The position numbers and the translations under genes are program-made. Source: Octopus vulgaris (Eukaryota). From it: a stretch of DNA of 64,000 nucleotides. The notes beneath the pieces were generated by a model. The model did not search any database. It saw only the letters and a program-made list of their open reading frames with translations, and was not told the origin of the DNA. The stretch is taken from contig OX597816.1 of NCBI GenBank assembly GCA_951406725.2, positions 173,972,001-174,036,000 on the forward strand, written 5' to 3'. This document shows, piece after piece, positions 1 through 12,730 of this stretch (position 1 is the stretch's first letter; each line of letters starts with the position of its first letter).

Positions 1-374
1 TAGAATAAACTATGGATCAACATACAAATATAATTACTTGACTAATTACCTTACTATTTCATATAATAATTATGATTGACTTCTTCCCGAATTAGATACA
101 AGCATATAAGGGAATATATATATATGTATATTAACAAACTGATTTGACTTCATAACACGTTACTAACATACATACACATAAATCAACTTATACAGTAAAC
201 ATCTATACACACACACACACACACATAAACAATACATAAACTGAAATGAGCTATGAATATCCATACCTATAAATGCATTTATAATTATAGAAATATTTGA
301 TAACCTTATACTAATATACATACACACTTACATGCTAATAAAGTAACTTAAGTAGTAAGGATCCATAAATGCGT

Positions 375-433
<59 letters not shown>

Positions 434-1039
434 TTCATGCATAAACAAGGACATGCATATTCAATAACCTTATGAAGGCACACCTACACACATACATACA
501 CATAAATTAGGCAATAAACATATGTATATACACATACAAGCACACACATAAGCATACACTCACACATAAACCAAAATGGATCATGAACATCCATGTTTTG
601 TAAAAAAAATATTTATTTCATTTTTATTTATTTTTATTATTAATATAATATTTCATTATTTTCATTATTCATTATTAATCTTTATTTTTATCCTTTATTT
701 TAATTCTTATGTACTTGAATTCATCATTATTATCATATTTAAATAAAAGTAAAAATGTTAACATATGAACATGTGCACACTACCACGTAACAGCTATTTA
801 CGCTAAAGGACCTGAAATACTTGTTACATGGTAGCAGGGCGTGCAAGAAATAGCAACCAAATTGTTCCTTTTCTGGGGAAAGGAGCTGTTTACGCGTGAT
901 TTTGATGTCACATTCATTGAAAACATGAAATAACCTGGAAAAGAAAAAAATGACCCATGAATATATATATTCACACACACTCACACATATATATAAGTAT
1001 ATGTGTGTGTATGTATGCACACATGTATGTATAAATGTA

Positions 1040-1383
1040 CTTGAGGCAAAGTGGCTGAACTCCTTTCAAGTGTTGGGCCTAACGGAGGCAATGACTGAGA
1101 CCTTTGGCATTATGTCATGCTTGAGAAGAAAAGCCATCAAGGCAAGTAAAATTGCAGTTGTGGAAGATACTCATATCATACAAATGGCACCTGTGCCAGT
1201 GGCACGTAAAAGCACCTATTACATTCTTGGAGTGGTTGGCATTAGGAAGGGCATCCAGTTGTAGAAAACCATGTCAAATCAGACTGGAACCTGGTGCAGC
1301 CTTCCAGCTTGCTAGCCCTTATCAAACCATCCTACCCATGCCAGCAGGGACAAAAGACACGAAATGATGATGATGATGATGAC
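1040..1383 (+). mobile_element. RTE-type LINE 3' end/3'UTR fragment with (GAT)n tail
   Basis: Ends ...ACCCATGCCAGCA...AAATGATGATGATGAT, the reverse complement of the 3' end of the RTE LINE at 4741-5000. Confidence 0.6.
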
Positions 1384-1611
1384 ATTATCTTCATCATCTT
1401 TTAAATATTATCTTTTTAATGTCAACTTTTCCAAATGAAGTGATAATCAACCAGTTTATTGAGTAACAAATAACATACACACTGAAACAAAGATCCTGCA
1501 ATGTGTCTAGACATGTTAAGAAGCTAGGACATGTTTTGTTTTGTGAACTGTAAGTAAATTACATCATCAGCAAAGCTATTGTTTACAGCTGACAAGTGGA
1601 TATACATATAT

Positions 1612-1945
1612 TATCATCATCATCATTGTTTAATGTCCTTCTTCGATGCTGGCATGGGTTGGACGGTTTTCTGGCATGGGTTGGCCAGGCAGGAGCCTGC
1701 ACCATATTTCTGTGTCTATTTTGGCATGGTTTTTATGGCTAGATGCCTTTCCTAACACCAACCACTCCAAGAGTGGACTGTGCTTTTTATGTGACAACAG
1801 CACAAGTGAGGTCAGTTTTGGCATGGTTTTTACAGCTGGATGCCCTTCCAAATGCCAACCACTTTACAGTGTGGGCTGGATGTTTTTTACCTGGCACCTG
1901 CATTGGCAGGGTAACCAAGTAACTTTGCAAAACAATGAATCTTAG
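1612..1945 (-). mobile_element. RTE-type LINE 3' end fragment
   Basis: (ATC)n followed by ATGCTGGCATGGGTTGGACGGTTT...GGCTAGATGCC, shared with 4741, 34697 and 47841. Confidence 0.6.
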
Positions 1946-1987
1946 AGAGGGGAGTGGGCACTGGTGGAGGTGATCTTGTGTTAGAAC

Positions 1988-2212
1988 CTGGTGGCTGTTG
2001 AGGAAGTTCAGAGTAAATGAATAGCTTGTGAGAGCCATACAATGCACAGGGGTGATGTAAGGTGAGAGTGAGCAATAAATTTAGTGTGTAGGTAGAAGTC
2101 CACCAGGGCTCAATTCTCAGTTCAATCTATTCATCATAGTCCTCCACACCATAACAGAGGAATTTAACAGGTTGCTCTTTGATACTACTGTATGCGTGAT
2201 GACCTCATTCTT
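1988..2212 (+). mobile_element. Decayed RTE LINE reverse-transcriptase fragment
   Basis: Frameshifted translation WWLLRKFRVNE*LVRAIQ...VHQGSILS..LFIIVLH.ITEEF...LLY(A)DDLIL. Confidence 0.6.
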
Positions 2213-2284
2213 AAACCAGAAATAGAAAATAAATTTATTTATAATACATACACACACACACACATACATATATATAGAAGCAGA

Positions 2285-3570
2285 GCGGAGTACCCTCTTC
2301 TCAGTAGAGGTCTGCACTTTATCCCTCTCGCTCCCTCTAGTAACAAGTTTCAGACCCATGCTGATATCCTACACCTTGTGCACAACATCAGGCTACATGC
2401 ACTATTCCACAACACTCCACCCGCATCTAATGAAGAGGACTGCTTCACTGACCTGGGCCTCCAACCATCCTACTGGATGCCAGCTTCTGGCCAATTCCAA
2501 GCAGTTGATAAATTTGCAAGTATTTGCCAACATGCTATGGACCAGTTCAACTTTCAGAGGGCTGAAGCAGTCTGTCAACTTCAAGATACTTCCAACCCCA
2601 TGCCTAACTACCAACAGACTGTGTCCTCCAATATTCATGACCTCATTTCCTCCTCCCATCTCCCTCCTATCACCTCCAGCCTCATCGTCTGCACCCCACT
2701 ATTTACTTCCTATATACTTCCTACCCAAAATTCACAAGCCCAACAACCCTGGCCGCCCCATTGTCTCCACCTGCAACTGCCCCATTGAAATGATCTCGAA
2801 ATATTTTGACTGTGCTCTTGCCCCCTAGTGGCTTCCCTTCCCTCACACATTCATGATACTAATCATGCTCTCCATCTGTTTAATTCTTTCTCCTTCCCTT
2901 TTGTCCCTCTCAACTTCTGTTCACTCTCAACATTAAATCTTTGTATACAGTGATCCCACACAACAAAGGCCTTCTTGTGCTTAACCACTTCCTAGGCCTT
3001 CAGCCAGAACCTCAACCTGGCTCCTCCACACTTCTTCATTTGGCCAAACTTGTCCTCTCCCTCACCTCCGTCTCATTCACAGGGGAGTTTTATCAACAGA
3101 TCTCAGGAGTGGCCATGGGAATAAGAATAGACCCCAAATCTGCTAACTTGTTCATTGGCTATGTTGAAACCCAAATATTCTTACAATTCATTAATCTCAC
3201 TCCTGAGCTGTACAGTTGTTTATATTGATGACTGTATCAGCGTGCCCTCACTCTCCCGTGAACATCTTCACTATTTTCTCTCCTTTGTCCAATCCTTCTA
3301 TCCTGCCCATGAATTCTCCTGCACTATCTCAAACTCTTACATCGAATCTTTTGACATCTCTGTCAGCATCCACCCCTCCAATCTCACTACTTCCATCCAC
3401 TACAAACACAATGACTAACACTCCTACCTTAACTTCTCCTCCCCCCCCCATCCTACCCACACCAAGCTCTCCATCCCCTACTCCCACTTCCTCTGTCTAT
3501 GCAGGCTCTGCAGTGATGACTATGACTTTGAGACTCAGTCTCAACTCATGGCTGTCCGCTTCATCCTACA
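2285..3570 (+). mobile_element. Penelope-like element RT pseudogene
   Basis: Motifs across frames: LLSRGLHFIP, YFLPKIHKPNNPGRPIVS, SLYTVIPH, YQQISGVAMG, YIDD, SIPYS.FL.L.R.CS; multiple frameshifts. Confidence 0.85.
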
Positions 3571-3615
3571 TAGATTTATCAGTATGTATGTGTATTGTTT
3601 GCTTATATATTTGTC

Positions 3616-3782
3616 GACGTGGCTGTGTGGTAAGTAGCTTGTTTACCAACCACATGGTTCCGGGTTCAGTCCCACTGCGTGGCACCTTGGGCAAGTGTCT
3701 TCTACTATAGCCTCGGGCCGACCAAAGCCTTGTGAGTGGATGTGGTAGATGGAGACTGAAAGAAGCCCGTCGTATATATGTG

Positions 3783-3817
<35 letters not shown>

Positions 3818-3998
3818 TCGTGTGTCTGTGTTTGTCCCCCTAGCATTGCTTGACAACCGATGCTGGTGTGTTTATGTCCCCATTACTTAGCAGTTCGGCA
3901 AAAGAGACCGATAGAATAAGTACTGGCGATTAAAGGCGGTGCTCCAGCATGGCCGCAGTCAAATGACTGAAACAAGTAAAAAAGAGAGAGAGAAAGAG
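3616..3998 (+). mobile_element. tRNA-derived SINE family A (internal (TA)n(TG)n, AAAAGAGT-type tail)
   Basis: A-box TGGCTGTGTGG, B-box GGTTCAGTCCC; one of 12 closely similar copies. Confidence 0.9.
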
Positions 3999-4558
3999 TA
4001 TCTTTACTGAGGACTGCAAAATAATCTTTATTAAAGAACATGAAATCTTAAGATATAAGATTATCCAAAATTTTGTAAATCTTCATACTCATTACCTCAC
4101 ATTCGACCTTGAGTTATAAACAGAGAACAAATTTAGAGTCGATTGTAGGTATTAGACATCTACTTCTAATATATACACACTGGCATTCCAGCACCCTTAA
4201 TTATAATTACATTTTTATAATTATATACTTAAATTTTACTAATATGGTCGTTTTTTGTACGCTATCCACTGATATAATCATTTTAATGATTATAGCCTCA
4301 ATTTATAAGTAAATGCATATATACACATATATATGTATATATACATATATGTATATACATATATATATGTATACATATATATATGTGTGTGTGTGTGTGT
4401 GTGTATATGTATGTGTATATATGAGTTTGTGTGTGTGTGTGTATACACACACACATCCCACAAAACATCGTTTTACGTTTTTTTCTAACTTGTAAAGGTT
4501 TATATTTATCATTAATTGACATTTTTATATTTCAGGTTCTATATGGGACTGTTTAGTC

Positions 4559-4690
4559 ATGCCATGTACAAAAGAAGCCTTGGAATTGTTTGAATTTCAA
4601 AGAGGCCGTATTGTGGGTCATTCTGAAGATGGACATAGTCAGAGTAAAATCACAGAAAACCTTGGAATCCTGCTTTCTACAGTTAATAGA
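4559..4690 (+). mobile_element. Tc1/mariner transposase N-terminal (HTH) remnant
   Basis: In-frame [44 protein letters not shown], resembling the Tc1 paired-like HTH; truncated by microsatellite/LINE. Confidence 0.6.
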
Positions 4691-4740
4691 TGATGACGAT
4701 GATATATAAATATATATATATATATGTATGTATATGTATA

Positions 4741-7588
4741 TCATCATCATTTAGCATCCTTTGTCCATGCTGGCATGGGTTGGATGGTTTGACCAGGGCT
4801 TCCCCAAACTCCAGTTTGATTTGGCATGGTTTTTTTTTATGGCTAGATGCCCTTCCTTAAACTAATCACTCTGATTTTATGTGCTTTTATGTGCCACCAG
4901 CATGGGTGGCATTTGCATGACACTGGTATCTGCCATGACTGTGATTTTACTTGGCTTGGTGGGTCTTCTTCTCAAGCATGACATAATGCCAAAGGTCCTG
5001 GTCATTGCCTCTGAGAGGTCCAGAACTCGAAAGGAGCTTTTTGCATGCCACCAGTATCGGTCACTTTGCCTCCATGAAGCCCAATGCTTGAAAGGTACTT
5101 TTTACATATCTGTCATGGCCTCTGTGAGGCCCAAAGTTCAAAGCTTATGCTTCACCACCTTCTCCCATGTCTTTCTGGGTCTATCTCTACCACAAGTTCC
5201 CTCCAAAGTTAGAGATCGGCACTTCTTCACACAGCTGTCCTCGTCCATATGCATCATGACCATACCAGCACAGTCATCTCTCTTGCACACCACATCTGAT
5301 GCCCAACTTTTCTCTCACGATGCTTACACTCTGTCAAACATGCACATCCAGCCAAGCATACTGGCTTCATTTCTTTCATGTCTGCATATGTCCTTGGCTG
5401 TCACAGCCCATGTTTCACCACTGTGTAGCATAGTTGTTTGCACACGTATCATACAATCTGCCTTTCACTCTGAATGAGAGGCCCTTTGTTGCCAACAGAG
5501 GTAGGCGCTCTTTAAACTTTGCCCAGCCTAATCTTATTCTCACAGTTACACTCTTGTAGTATCCACCTCTGCTACTAACTTGGTCACATAGATAATGGAA
5601 GCTGTCTACTACCCTCTAGCTTACCCCACTGGCAGTTGATGGAATCTATTTTCTGTACCTTTTGATGTATATTGTAACTGAGCATCTTCCACATACAAAA
5701 GATAGTTTCCCTGATAACCTTCCTCTGATATTGCTGCACCTTTTATGTGTCCATAGCTTACACCAGGGAAATCTTATGGATTTCTACCAATTGAGCAGGG
5801 CCATCTACCTGAAGGGATTTGTGATTTGTCTACCTTCCTACTTACTATGACTTTGATTTTTGCTAGATTAACTCTAAGGCCCTTTGATTCTAGACCTTGC
5901 TTCCATACCTGAAACTGCTTCTCCAGTTCTTGTAGTGATTCAGCTATAAGAACAAGGTGATCAGCATAGAGGAGCTCCCAGGGGCAGCCTGGCTTAAATT
6001 CCACTATTATTGGAGGACTATGATGAACAGGAGGAGGCTGAGAACTGATCCTTGGTGGGCCCCTACGTCTACCCTGAATCCTTCGCTGTACTATTTTTAT
6101 TTTTGGCTATGTATTTTTTCTGCAGCCGCCTTAACAGAAATATAGCATCAGTGGTGCTTCTCCCTGGCACAAAACCAAACTGCATCTCATCTAAACTAAC
6201 TCTTATTCCCCTCATTAGTTGGGCTATGAACGACTCTGTAACTTTCATCTGATCCAACAATTTGATACCTCTGTAATTATTTCTATCTAAGGCATCATTA
6301 CTTTTGTAGCAGTTGACTATGATGCTTCTACACCAGTCACTGGGTTATGACTCCTTTGTGAACCACCAAATTTACAACATGGGTGACTAGATCATAACCC
6401 ACACTGCCAGATATTTTAAGCATCACAGCAGTGATTCCTGATGGGCTGGAGGCTTTCCCTGTCTTCATATCCTTAATTGCTTTATCTACCAAGATAATGT
6501 CAATTCGGATAGCAGGTCCCTCAATTGGGTCAACATTTGGTTGACTCTTCTCCTCCCAGTCATTTTTCATGTTCAGCAATCTTTCATATTGGCATTTCCA
6601 AGCCTCTTTCTTTGAAGAATCATTAAATGCAAGTGCACCCTCATCCTTGTCGACACATTTCTCTCCTATGACATCACAATTTTCTCTCACACACTGTCTT
6701 GCAATCTGAAACACTTCAGTTCGCTGAACATAGGCAAACTTCTTTTCTGCTACTCCCTTCGCTAGCTATACCTGTCTCCTAGCTTCCCTTCTGGCTATCT
6801 GATACAGTTCCCTGCTGCCCCAACTCTTCCAAGCCTATTTCTTTGCTCTAATGGCCCTATCTACAGCATTGTTCCATCAATATATCGCCCAAAGTCTGGT
6901 TGGGACTTTGCACCAGCTGCAGATTTGGTCTGTGGCACTCAGCAAGCTCTCACAGGAATTCCCAATTACCCTCTATATCACAAGTCTGTAGCTCCTCCTC
7001 CCTCTCATAAAACTTCTCAATTAGGATGTCCCTAAATCTCTGACCATATGAAGGGTCCTTAAGCTTCCAAATTCTTTTTTTCCTGCTTCTTTTGGTCTGC
7101 TTCTTGGCATCCTTCTGGTCTGCAGTTTAAAGTCATTAATGACTAGTCTATGCTGGGGGTACATTCTTCACTAGGGAGGGTCTTTGTATTTAAGAGCAAC
7201 CATGTATCCCGCTGCCTGGTGAGAATATAATTGATCTGGCTAGCACAGTCACCTGATTGGTAGGTTATCAGGTTGGCTGGCTGGCTTCCTGAAGTTGATG
7301 CTGCAGATCAATAGGTTATTTGCATCACAGAATTCCAGTAGCCTTGTTCCCTTTTCATTTCGGGAACTAATTCCATGGCCCTCATGTACACCATGGAATA
7401 TACCAGGCTGCCATCTGATATGCCCATTGAAATCCCCATAGCAGGGCATAGGCAGAGATAATTGCCACTATATTATTCTGCAAGACTAGCCTGAGCTTAA
7501 GTACTCTATCACACAATCTGACTATTTCTAAGACCTTATCCACCCATTTCTCAGCAAGAAGTATGCCCACACCACCTACTCTGTTGGT
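4741..7588 (-). mobile_element. 5'-truncated decayed RTE-clade LINE (APE endonuclease + RT + 3'UTR)
   Basis: GILLAEKWVDKV...RVLKLRL and GDFNGHI (APE); QFGFVPGRSTTDAIF, LLYADHLV, GLRVNLAK (RT); (GAT)n tail at 4741. Confidence 0.9.
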
Positions 7589-7589
7589 C

Positions 7590-7620
<31 letters not shown>

Positions 7621-7954
7621 GTGTGTGTTTGTATTTGTGTGTGTGTGTGTAGTAAAATAATGATTCAGATAGAATCAGGTACTTGAAAAGATATACACCA
7701 GATAGGGTTGGATAAACCTGTGATTTCAGCCTATGGTTGCTAAGTATCAAATAGGATATTCTGGTTGTGTACTCAGAGAAAACCAATCCTATGAGTATTT
7801 AGTGCCTAGGGGCTGGTCCAAAGCATGCGTTACATTGAATTATACATTGTTGGTATACTCTAGAGTGTCCAACTAGCTGGAAGTCCCCTTGGCGTATTGT
7901 AATCATATGACTAATAGCAGACAATGGATAATTGTCAGCTCATTACAAATGTTT

Positions 7955-8362
7955 ACTCTTTTACTTGTTTCAGTCATTTGACTGCGGCCATGCTGGAGCA
8001 CCGCCTTTAATCGAGCAACTCGACCCCGGGACTTATTCTTTTGTAAGCCCAGTACTTATTCTATCGGTCTCTTTTTGCCGAACCGCTAAGTAACGGAGAC
8101 ATAAACACACCAGCATCGGTTGTCAAGCAATGCTAGGGGGACAAACACAGATACACAAATGCATATATATATACGCACATGCATATATATACATATATAC
8201 GACGGGCTTCTTTCAGTTTCCGTCTACCAAATCCACTCACAAGGCTTTGGTCGGCCCGAGGCTATAGTAGAAGACACTTGCCCAAGGTGCCACGCAGTGG
8301 GACTGAACCCGGAACCATGTGGTTGGTTAGCAAGCTACTTACCACACAGCCACTCCTGCGCC
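7955..8362 (-). mobile_element. SINE family A
   Basis: Full-length reverse-complement copy. Confidence 0.9.
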
Positions 8363-8526
8363 TATGCATCATTTTAATAGAAGAATGAGAACATTACTCC
8401 ATTACAAAAAACTGTAATCATCAGATGAAACGTAACTTTACAAACAAAAGAATATCCCAAGAATACAGCAGGGACATGGCTGTAGTCCCTTGAAGCCAAC
8501 TATGAAAAATGTTTCATAGTTGGCCT

Positions 8527-8652
8527 TGACTATGGCGCTGCTACACCAGTCATTGGGTATGACTCCTTTATGAACCACCTGATTTGCAACATGGGTGACT
8601 AGACCCTAACTCAAACTGCCAGATATTTTAAGCTTCACAGCGGGGATTCCTC
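8527..8652 (-). mobile_element. Short RTE LINE fragment
   Basis: Homologous to 6312-6441 (CTACACCAGTCA.TGGGT...ACTGCCAGATATTTTAAG). Confidence 0.6.
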
Positions 8653-9003
8653 TGCAACAATAATCATTGCTGTCTTCCATGTTTACCAACAAATATAATT
8701 TGTAATGTCCATATGTTGTTGACACAGTTGTAAATTGTCAAAAATAATTATTGTGCTCCAGTTTATATGATTTGTTATACATGTATCGTTGAAACAGCTG
8801 TAAACTGTGGAATAAATGCAATACCAACATATCCATTCTTTACTTGTTCATGTATATATGTATACATATATATATGCAAGTGTGTACATAGACTTACAGC
8901 TATGTTTCTCTCTTGATGTGTACATAGACATACATCTAGATATTTCTTCATGAAAGTTTTATAAACCTGTGTGTTTGTGCATGTATAAAAATAATATATT
9001 GAA

Positions 9004-9644
9004 CTAGCAGTATCGCCCGGCGTTGCTCGGGTTTGTAAGGGAAATAACTATATAAGCATTTTTAGAGATGTAAAGTATAATAGCCATATGGCTAACCACA
9101 AAGGGGGGGGTGTTACTGTAGCTTTTTACGCTCTGAGATTTAATAAAAAATTTTTTTAGTGAGTTACTTCCCTTATATATGCCAAAAATGCATTAAAAAT
9201 GGGAAAAATTAATGGTAAATTTTTTTTTAAATCGTAGACTCATGGTCATTCCGAAAAGCTCTACCTGCGACGATTTCATCTCAATCGAAGGAGAGGAGCT
9301 TTCTCCGTCCGGGTTGCGGATCCGTGGAACAAGCTGTCAGACGAGATGGTGAAGATGCCGACGACCGCTTTGTTCAAAGCCTCCCTGGACCTCAAGTGCC
9401 TGAACTCTTTACATGAACACCACCCTGTACTTAACTCCATGTCCCCCTACATGGCCTTGCTATTTGCTTTTGAGCCAAATTAACTAACTAACTAACTAAC
9501 TAACTAATACCCAGAAGGGCTCGATATGAATCATGACTATAAGATACCTGGTTTTGGTTAAACTGCACCGCAAAATGTGTGAGTAGTTAGGAATCTAAAT
9601 CGTAGGAGACAGACAGCACACAACCTCACTTTTATATATAAAGA
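9004..9644 (-). mobile_element. Non-autonomous Helitron carrying a CR1 insertion
   Basis: 5' TCTTTATATATAAAAG; 3' CCCGAGCAACGCCGGG hairpin then CTAG; inserted between A and T. Confidence 0.85.
9244..9504 (+). mobile_element. CR1-clade LINE 3' end with (TAAC)n tail
   Basis: GHSEKLYLRRFHLNRRRGAFSVRVADPWNKLSDEMVKMPTTALFKASLD matches the CR1 ORF2 C-terminal pattern; short-repeat tail. Confidence 0.8.
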
Positions 9645-10053
9645 TATACTGAATATTCAAACAAAGTAGTTTTAATATAGATGTTACTTATACATTCACA
9701 CACACACACCTAATTACACAATAAACACATGCAGTAATATAGTAAACAGAATCACATGCATACTTGCTCTATTTTTTGAGCTGCATTTTAAGTGGTGCAA
9801 CTTATGTTTAGTCAACAGTTGCAGTTTTAAATGTTCAGAGGGAGAAATCCCACCCCCCAAAACAAGTTTGTTAGTAAGGTTGTTAGATGCCCAAATCACA
9901 CACAGTTCATGCCTGGTACTTCCATTTTTAACTCCAAACTCAGAGAGATGAAAAGTAAATTTTTTTCCTGCAGAATTTAAACTCAATACAACTGAATAAT
10001 GAACTGAATGGTAGCAGCAACAATTTCCATAAGAAAAATGTATATATATATAT

Positions 10054-10088
<35 letters not shown>

Positions 10089-10371
10089 TGCCCATCAGAA
10101 ATCAAGGTAGTTGAGATTAACATGCATCCTCCCCCTCCTCACCACCATCATCATCATTTTAATGTTGACTTTCCCATGTACTGGCATGTGTAAGATGGAA
10201 TACACTGAGGCAGATTTTCTACTACTGGATGCTCTTCCTGTTGCCAAATCTCACCTATTTCCAAGCAAGGTAATATTTCCCTGAAGCACAAACTGGACAC
10301 AACTTCACAAAAGATGGCAAACAAATAACATCACTTGTATAATGGTGATGTTTGTTTACAATTAGTATGTA

Positions 10372-10542
10372 GGCGCAGGAGTGGCTGTGTGGTAAGTAGC
10401 TTGCTTACCAACCACATGGTTCCGGGTTCAGTCCCACTGCGTGGCATCTTGGGCAAGTGTCTTATGCTATAGCCTCAGGCCGACCAATGCCTTGTGAGTG
10501 GATTTGGTAGATGGAAACTGAAAGAAGCCTGTCGTATATATG

Positions 10543-10577
<35 letters not shown>

Positions 10578-10781
10578 TTGTGTGTCTGTGTTTGTCCCCC
10601 TAGCATTGCTTGACAACCAATGCTGGTGTGTTTACGTCCCCGTCACTTAGCGGTTCGGCAAAGAGACCGATAGAATAAGTACTGGGCTTACAAAGAATAA
10701 GTCCCGGGGTCGATTTGCTCGACTAAAGGCGGTGCTCCAGCATGGCCGCAGTCAAATGACTGAAACTAGTAAAAGAGTAAA
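10372..10781 (+). mobile_element. SINE family A
   Basis: Full-length copy from GGCGCAGGAGTGGCTG to AAAAGAGTAAAG. Confidence 0.9.
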
Positions 10782-11270
10782 GGTCAAGACAAGGAAATAT
10801 GAACACACACATTATGTGTGTGTGTATGTATACATACACATGCAATGGGCTTCTTTTTAGTTTCCGTCTACTAAATTCACTCACAAGGACTTGATAAGTC
10901 TGGAACTTTAGTAGATGTCCAAGGTGTTGCACAGTGGGATGGAACCACAAGATTGTAAAGTGAACTTCTAAACTAAACAGCCATACTTGAGCCTATCTAT
11001 AAGCAATATTCATAAAATTTGTTTGTTTCACCAAAAAAAGGAGGGGGGCGGACCTATAACCCATAATTTAGATGAGGTACTCAATACATAAATGCAGAAT
11101 GGCTATATTTGATTTTTAAAAAAAGACTTACAGAATTAGTTTCAAATCCTACTTTATATACTTCTCTGCCTCTGCAGATTTTATGAAATTCTGTACAGAA
11201 AGAAACTAACTTATCTTTGATATACTACATGATGACAAAATTTTCAGTGATTCCTCCATGACTTTATAAA

Positions 11271-11538
11271 TCTTTATATATAAAAGTCAAGTTGTGTGTC
11301 TGTCTCCTACGATTTAGATTCCTAACTACTCCCACATTTTGCGGTGCAGTTTAACAGTCGTGATTCATATCGAGCCCTTCTGGGTATTAGCGCGCGTCTA
11401 CGATGAGTCTACAATTTAAAAAAAAATTTACCATCATTTTTTTTCCATTTTTAATGCATTTTTTTGCTATAACTCTCTAAAAATGCTTATATAGTTATTT
11501 CCCTTACAAACCCGAGCAACGCCGGGCGATACTGCTAG
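11271..11538 (+). mobile_element. Non-autonomous Helitron (short variant)
   Basis: A|TC...hairpin...CTAG|T. Confidence 0.85.
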
Positions 11539-11649
11539 TTATGGAATATAACAGTTCCTAACTACATCTCCCACATTCATTTTACTCTTATTTTATAGTC
11601 CACACATTTTTCGTTATTATTAATGTGTGTGCATGCATATGTGTGTGTT

Positions 11650-11898
11650 CATGTGTCCTTGAGCAAGACACTTTATTCCACATTGTTCCAGTCCACTCAG
11701 CTAGCAAAAAGGGGTTGTACTTGTAATTCAAAGGGCAAGCTTGTTGCATTTTGTTTCATGCTGAATCTCCCTGAGAACTAAGTTAAGGGTATGCATATCT
11801 GCAGAGTGCTCAGCCACTTGCATGTTGATTTCATGAGCAGGATGTGCTGTTGATTGGATCAACTGGAACACTCATCATCATAACCGATGGAGTGCCAA
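11650..11898 (+). mobile_element. Old SINE related to family C
   Basis: Degenerate match to the family C body (GAATCTCCCTGAGAACTA.GTTAAGGGT...GTGCTCAGCCACTT). Confidence 0.55.
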
Positions 11899-11974
11899 TA
11901 TCACTTCCCAAAATTTGTAACCTTGCACTAATGTTATAAATTGTTATTGTCATCATCATCATCAACAGCTGTAA

Positions 11975-12730
11975 AAGCAGCAAACTCGCAGAATTGTTAG
12001 AATGCTGGACAAAATTCTTTGCTGGAGTTCAACTCTCACCTGCCTTTCATCTTTTTGAGGTTGATAAAACAATTTATTACACACATGTGAGTGAGAACAC
12101 TTTGAGATATTTTTGGTATCTAACATATGTCAGATACTGCGAGCGTTGCTTCTGATTGGTCAATCCATGGTGATGACCCAAGGTCACGGTGATGGCACTA
12201 CTTTTGTCATTCATAAGTTACAACTAAACTTCATTCATTACTTTCACGTGTGTTATGTATTTCTTGAACGTGAACTTGAATGTTAACAAAATGTTAAACA
12301 GTCATCAGTTATCAGTCATTTCACCTGAAAACTTAGCGCTATAAAGTCGGACTATCTTCCTGCGGCATGACATCTTTTACAGTTACACATTGTGACGTCA
12401 CTGACGTGAAATCAAGCTGTATTCATGCGCGCTTCAACACAATGTGAAGAATTTAGTTATTGGGTTAATAAAATATGGTCATTTATTTGTGTGTAATAAA
12501 TAAAATACCAAACTCATTCCCTATGGATACCGTATTTATTACGAGTGGCTTGTAAACGTATCTAACTCGCTGTCGCTCGTTAGATACGTTTACAAGCCAC
12601 TCGTAATAAATACGGTATCCATAGGGAATGAGTTTGGTATTCTCTATGTATCAGTCAAATACTAAGATCCATATAATCAACTTAGCCCCTCCCTACAAAA
12701 TTGCTGGACTTGAGCCAAAATTTGAAACCA
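11975..12730 (+). mobile_element. SINE family D copy split by the hairpin element
   Basis: Left half ends GCCTTTCATC...GATAAAACAA; right half resumes at 12648 GTATCAGT...CCAAAATTTGAAACC; colinear with uninterrupted copies at 13.7-14.5 kb. Confidence 0.65.
12073..12647. mobile_element. TSD-less non-autonomous DNA element with sub-terminal inverted repeat and terminal perfect hairpin
   Basis: 14-bp IR 12072-12085/12488-12501; perfect 63-bp arms 12504-12566/12579-12641 with a 12-nt loop; interrupts a SINE without duplication. Confidence 0.75.

Noticed and set aside
4881-5477. 198-aa plus-strand ORF
   Set aside because: Antisense to the RTE LINE 3' region.
8120-8388. Recurrent ORFs MSSNARGTNTDT… / …RRHLPKVPRSGTEPGTMW as a multigene family
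   Set aside because: Antisense translations of SINE family A copies.
10725-10775. Hammerhead in the SINE-A tail (hairpin followed by GAAAC)
   Set aside because: No CTGANGA core upstream of the hairpin.
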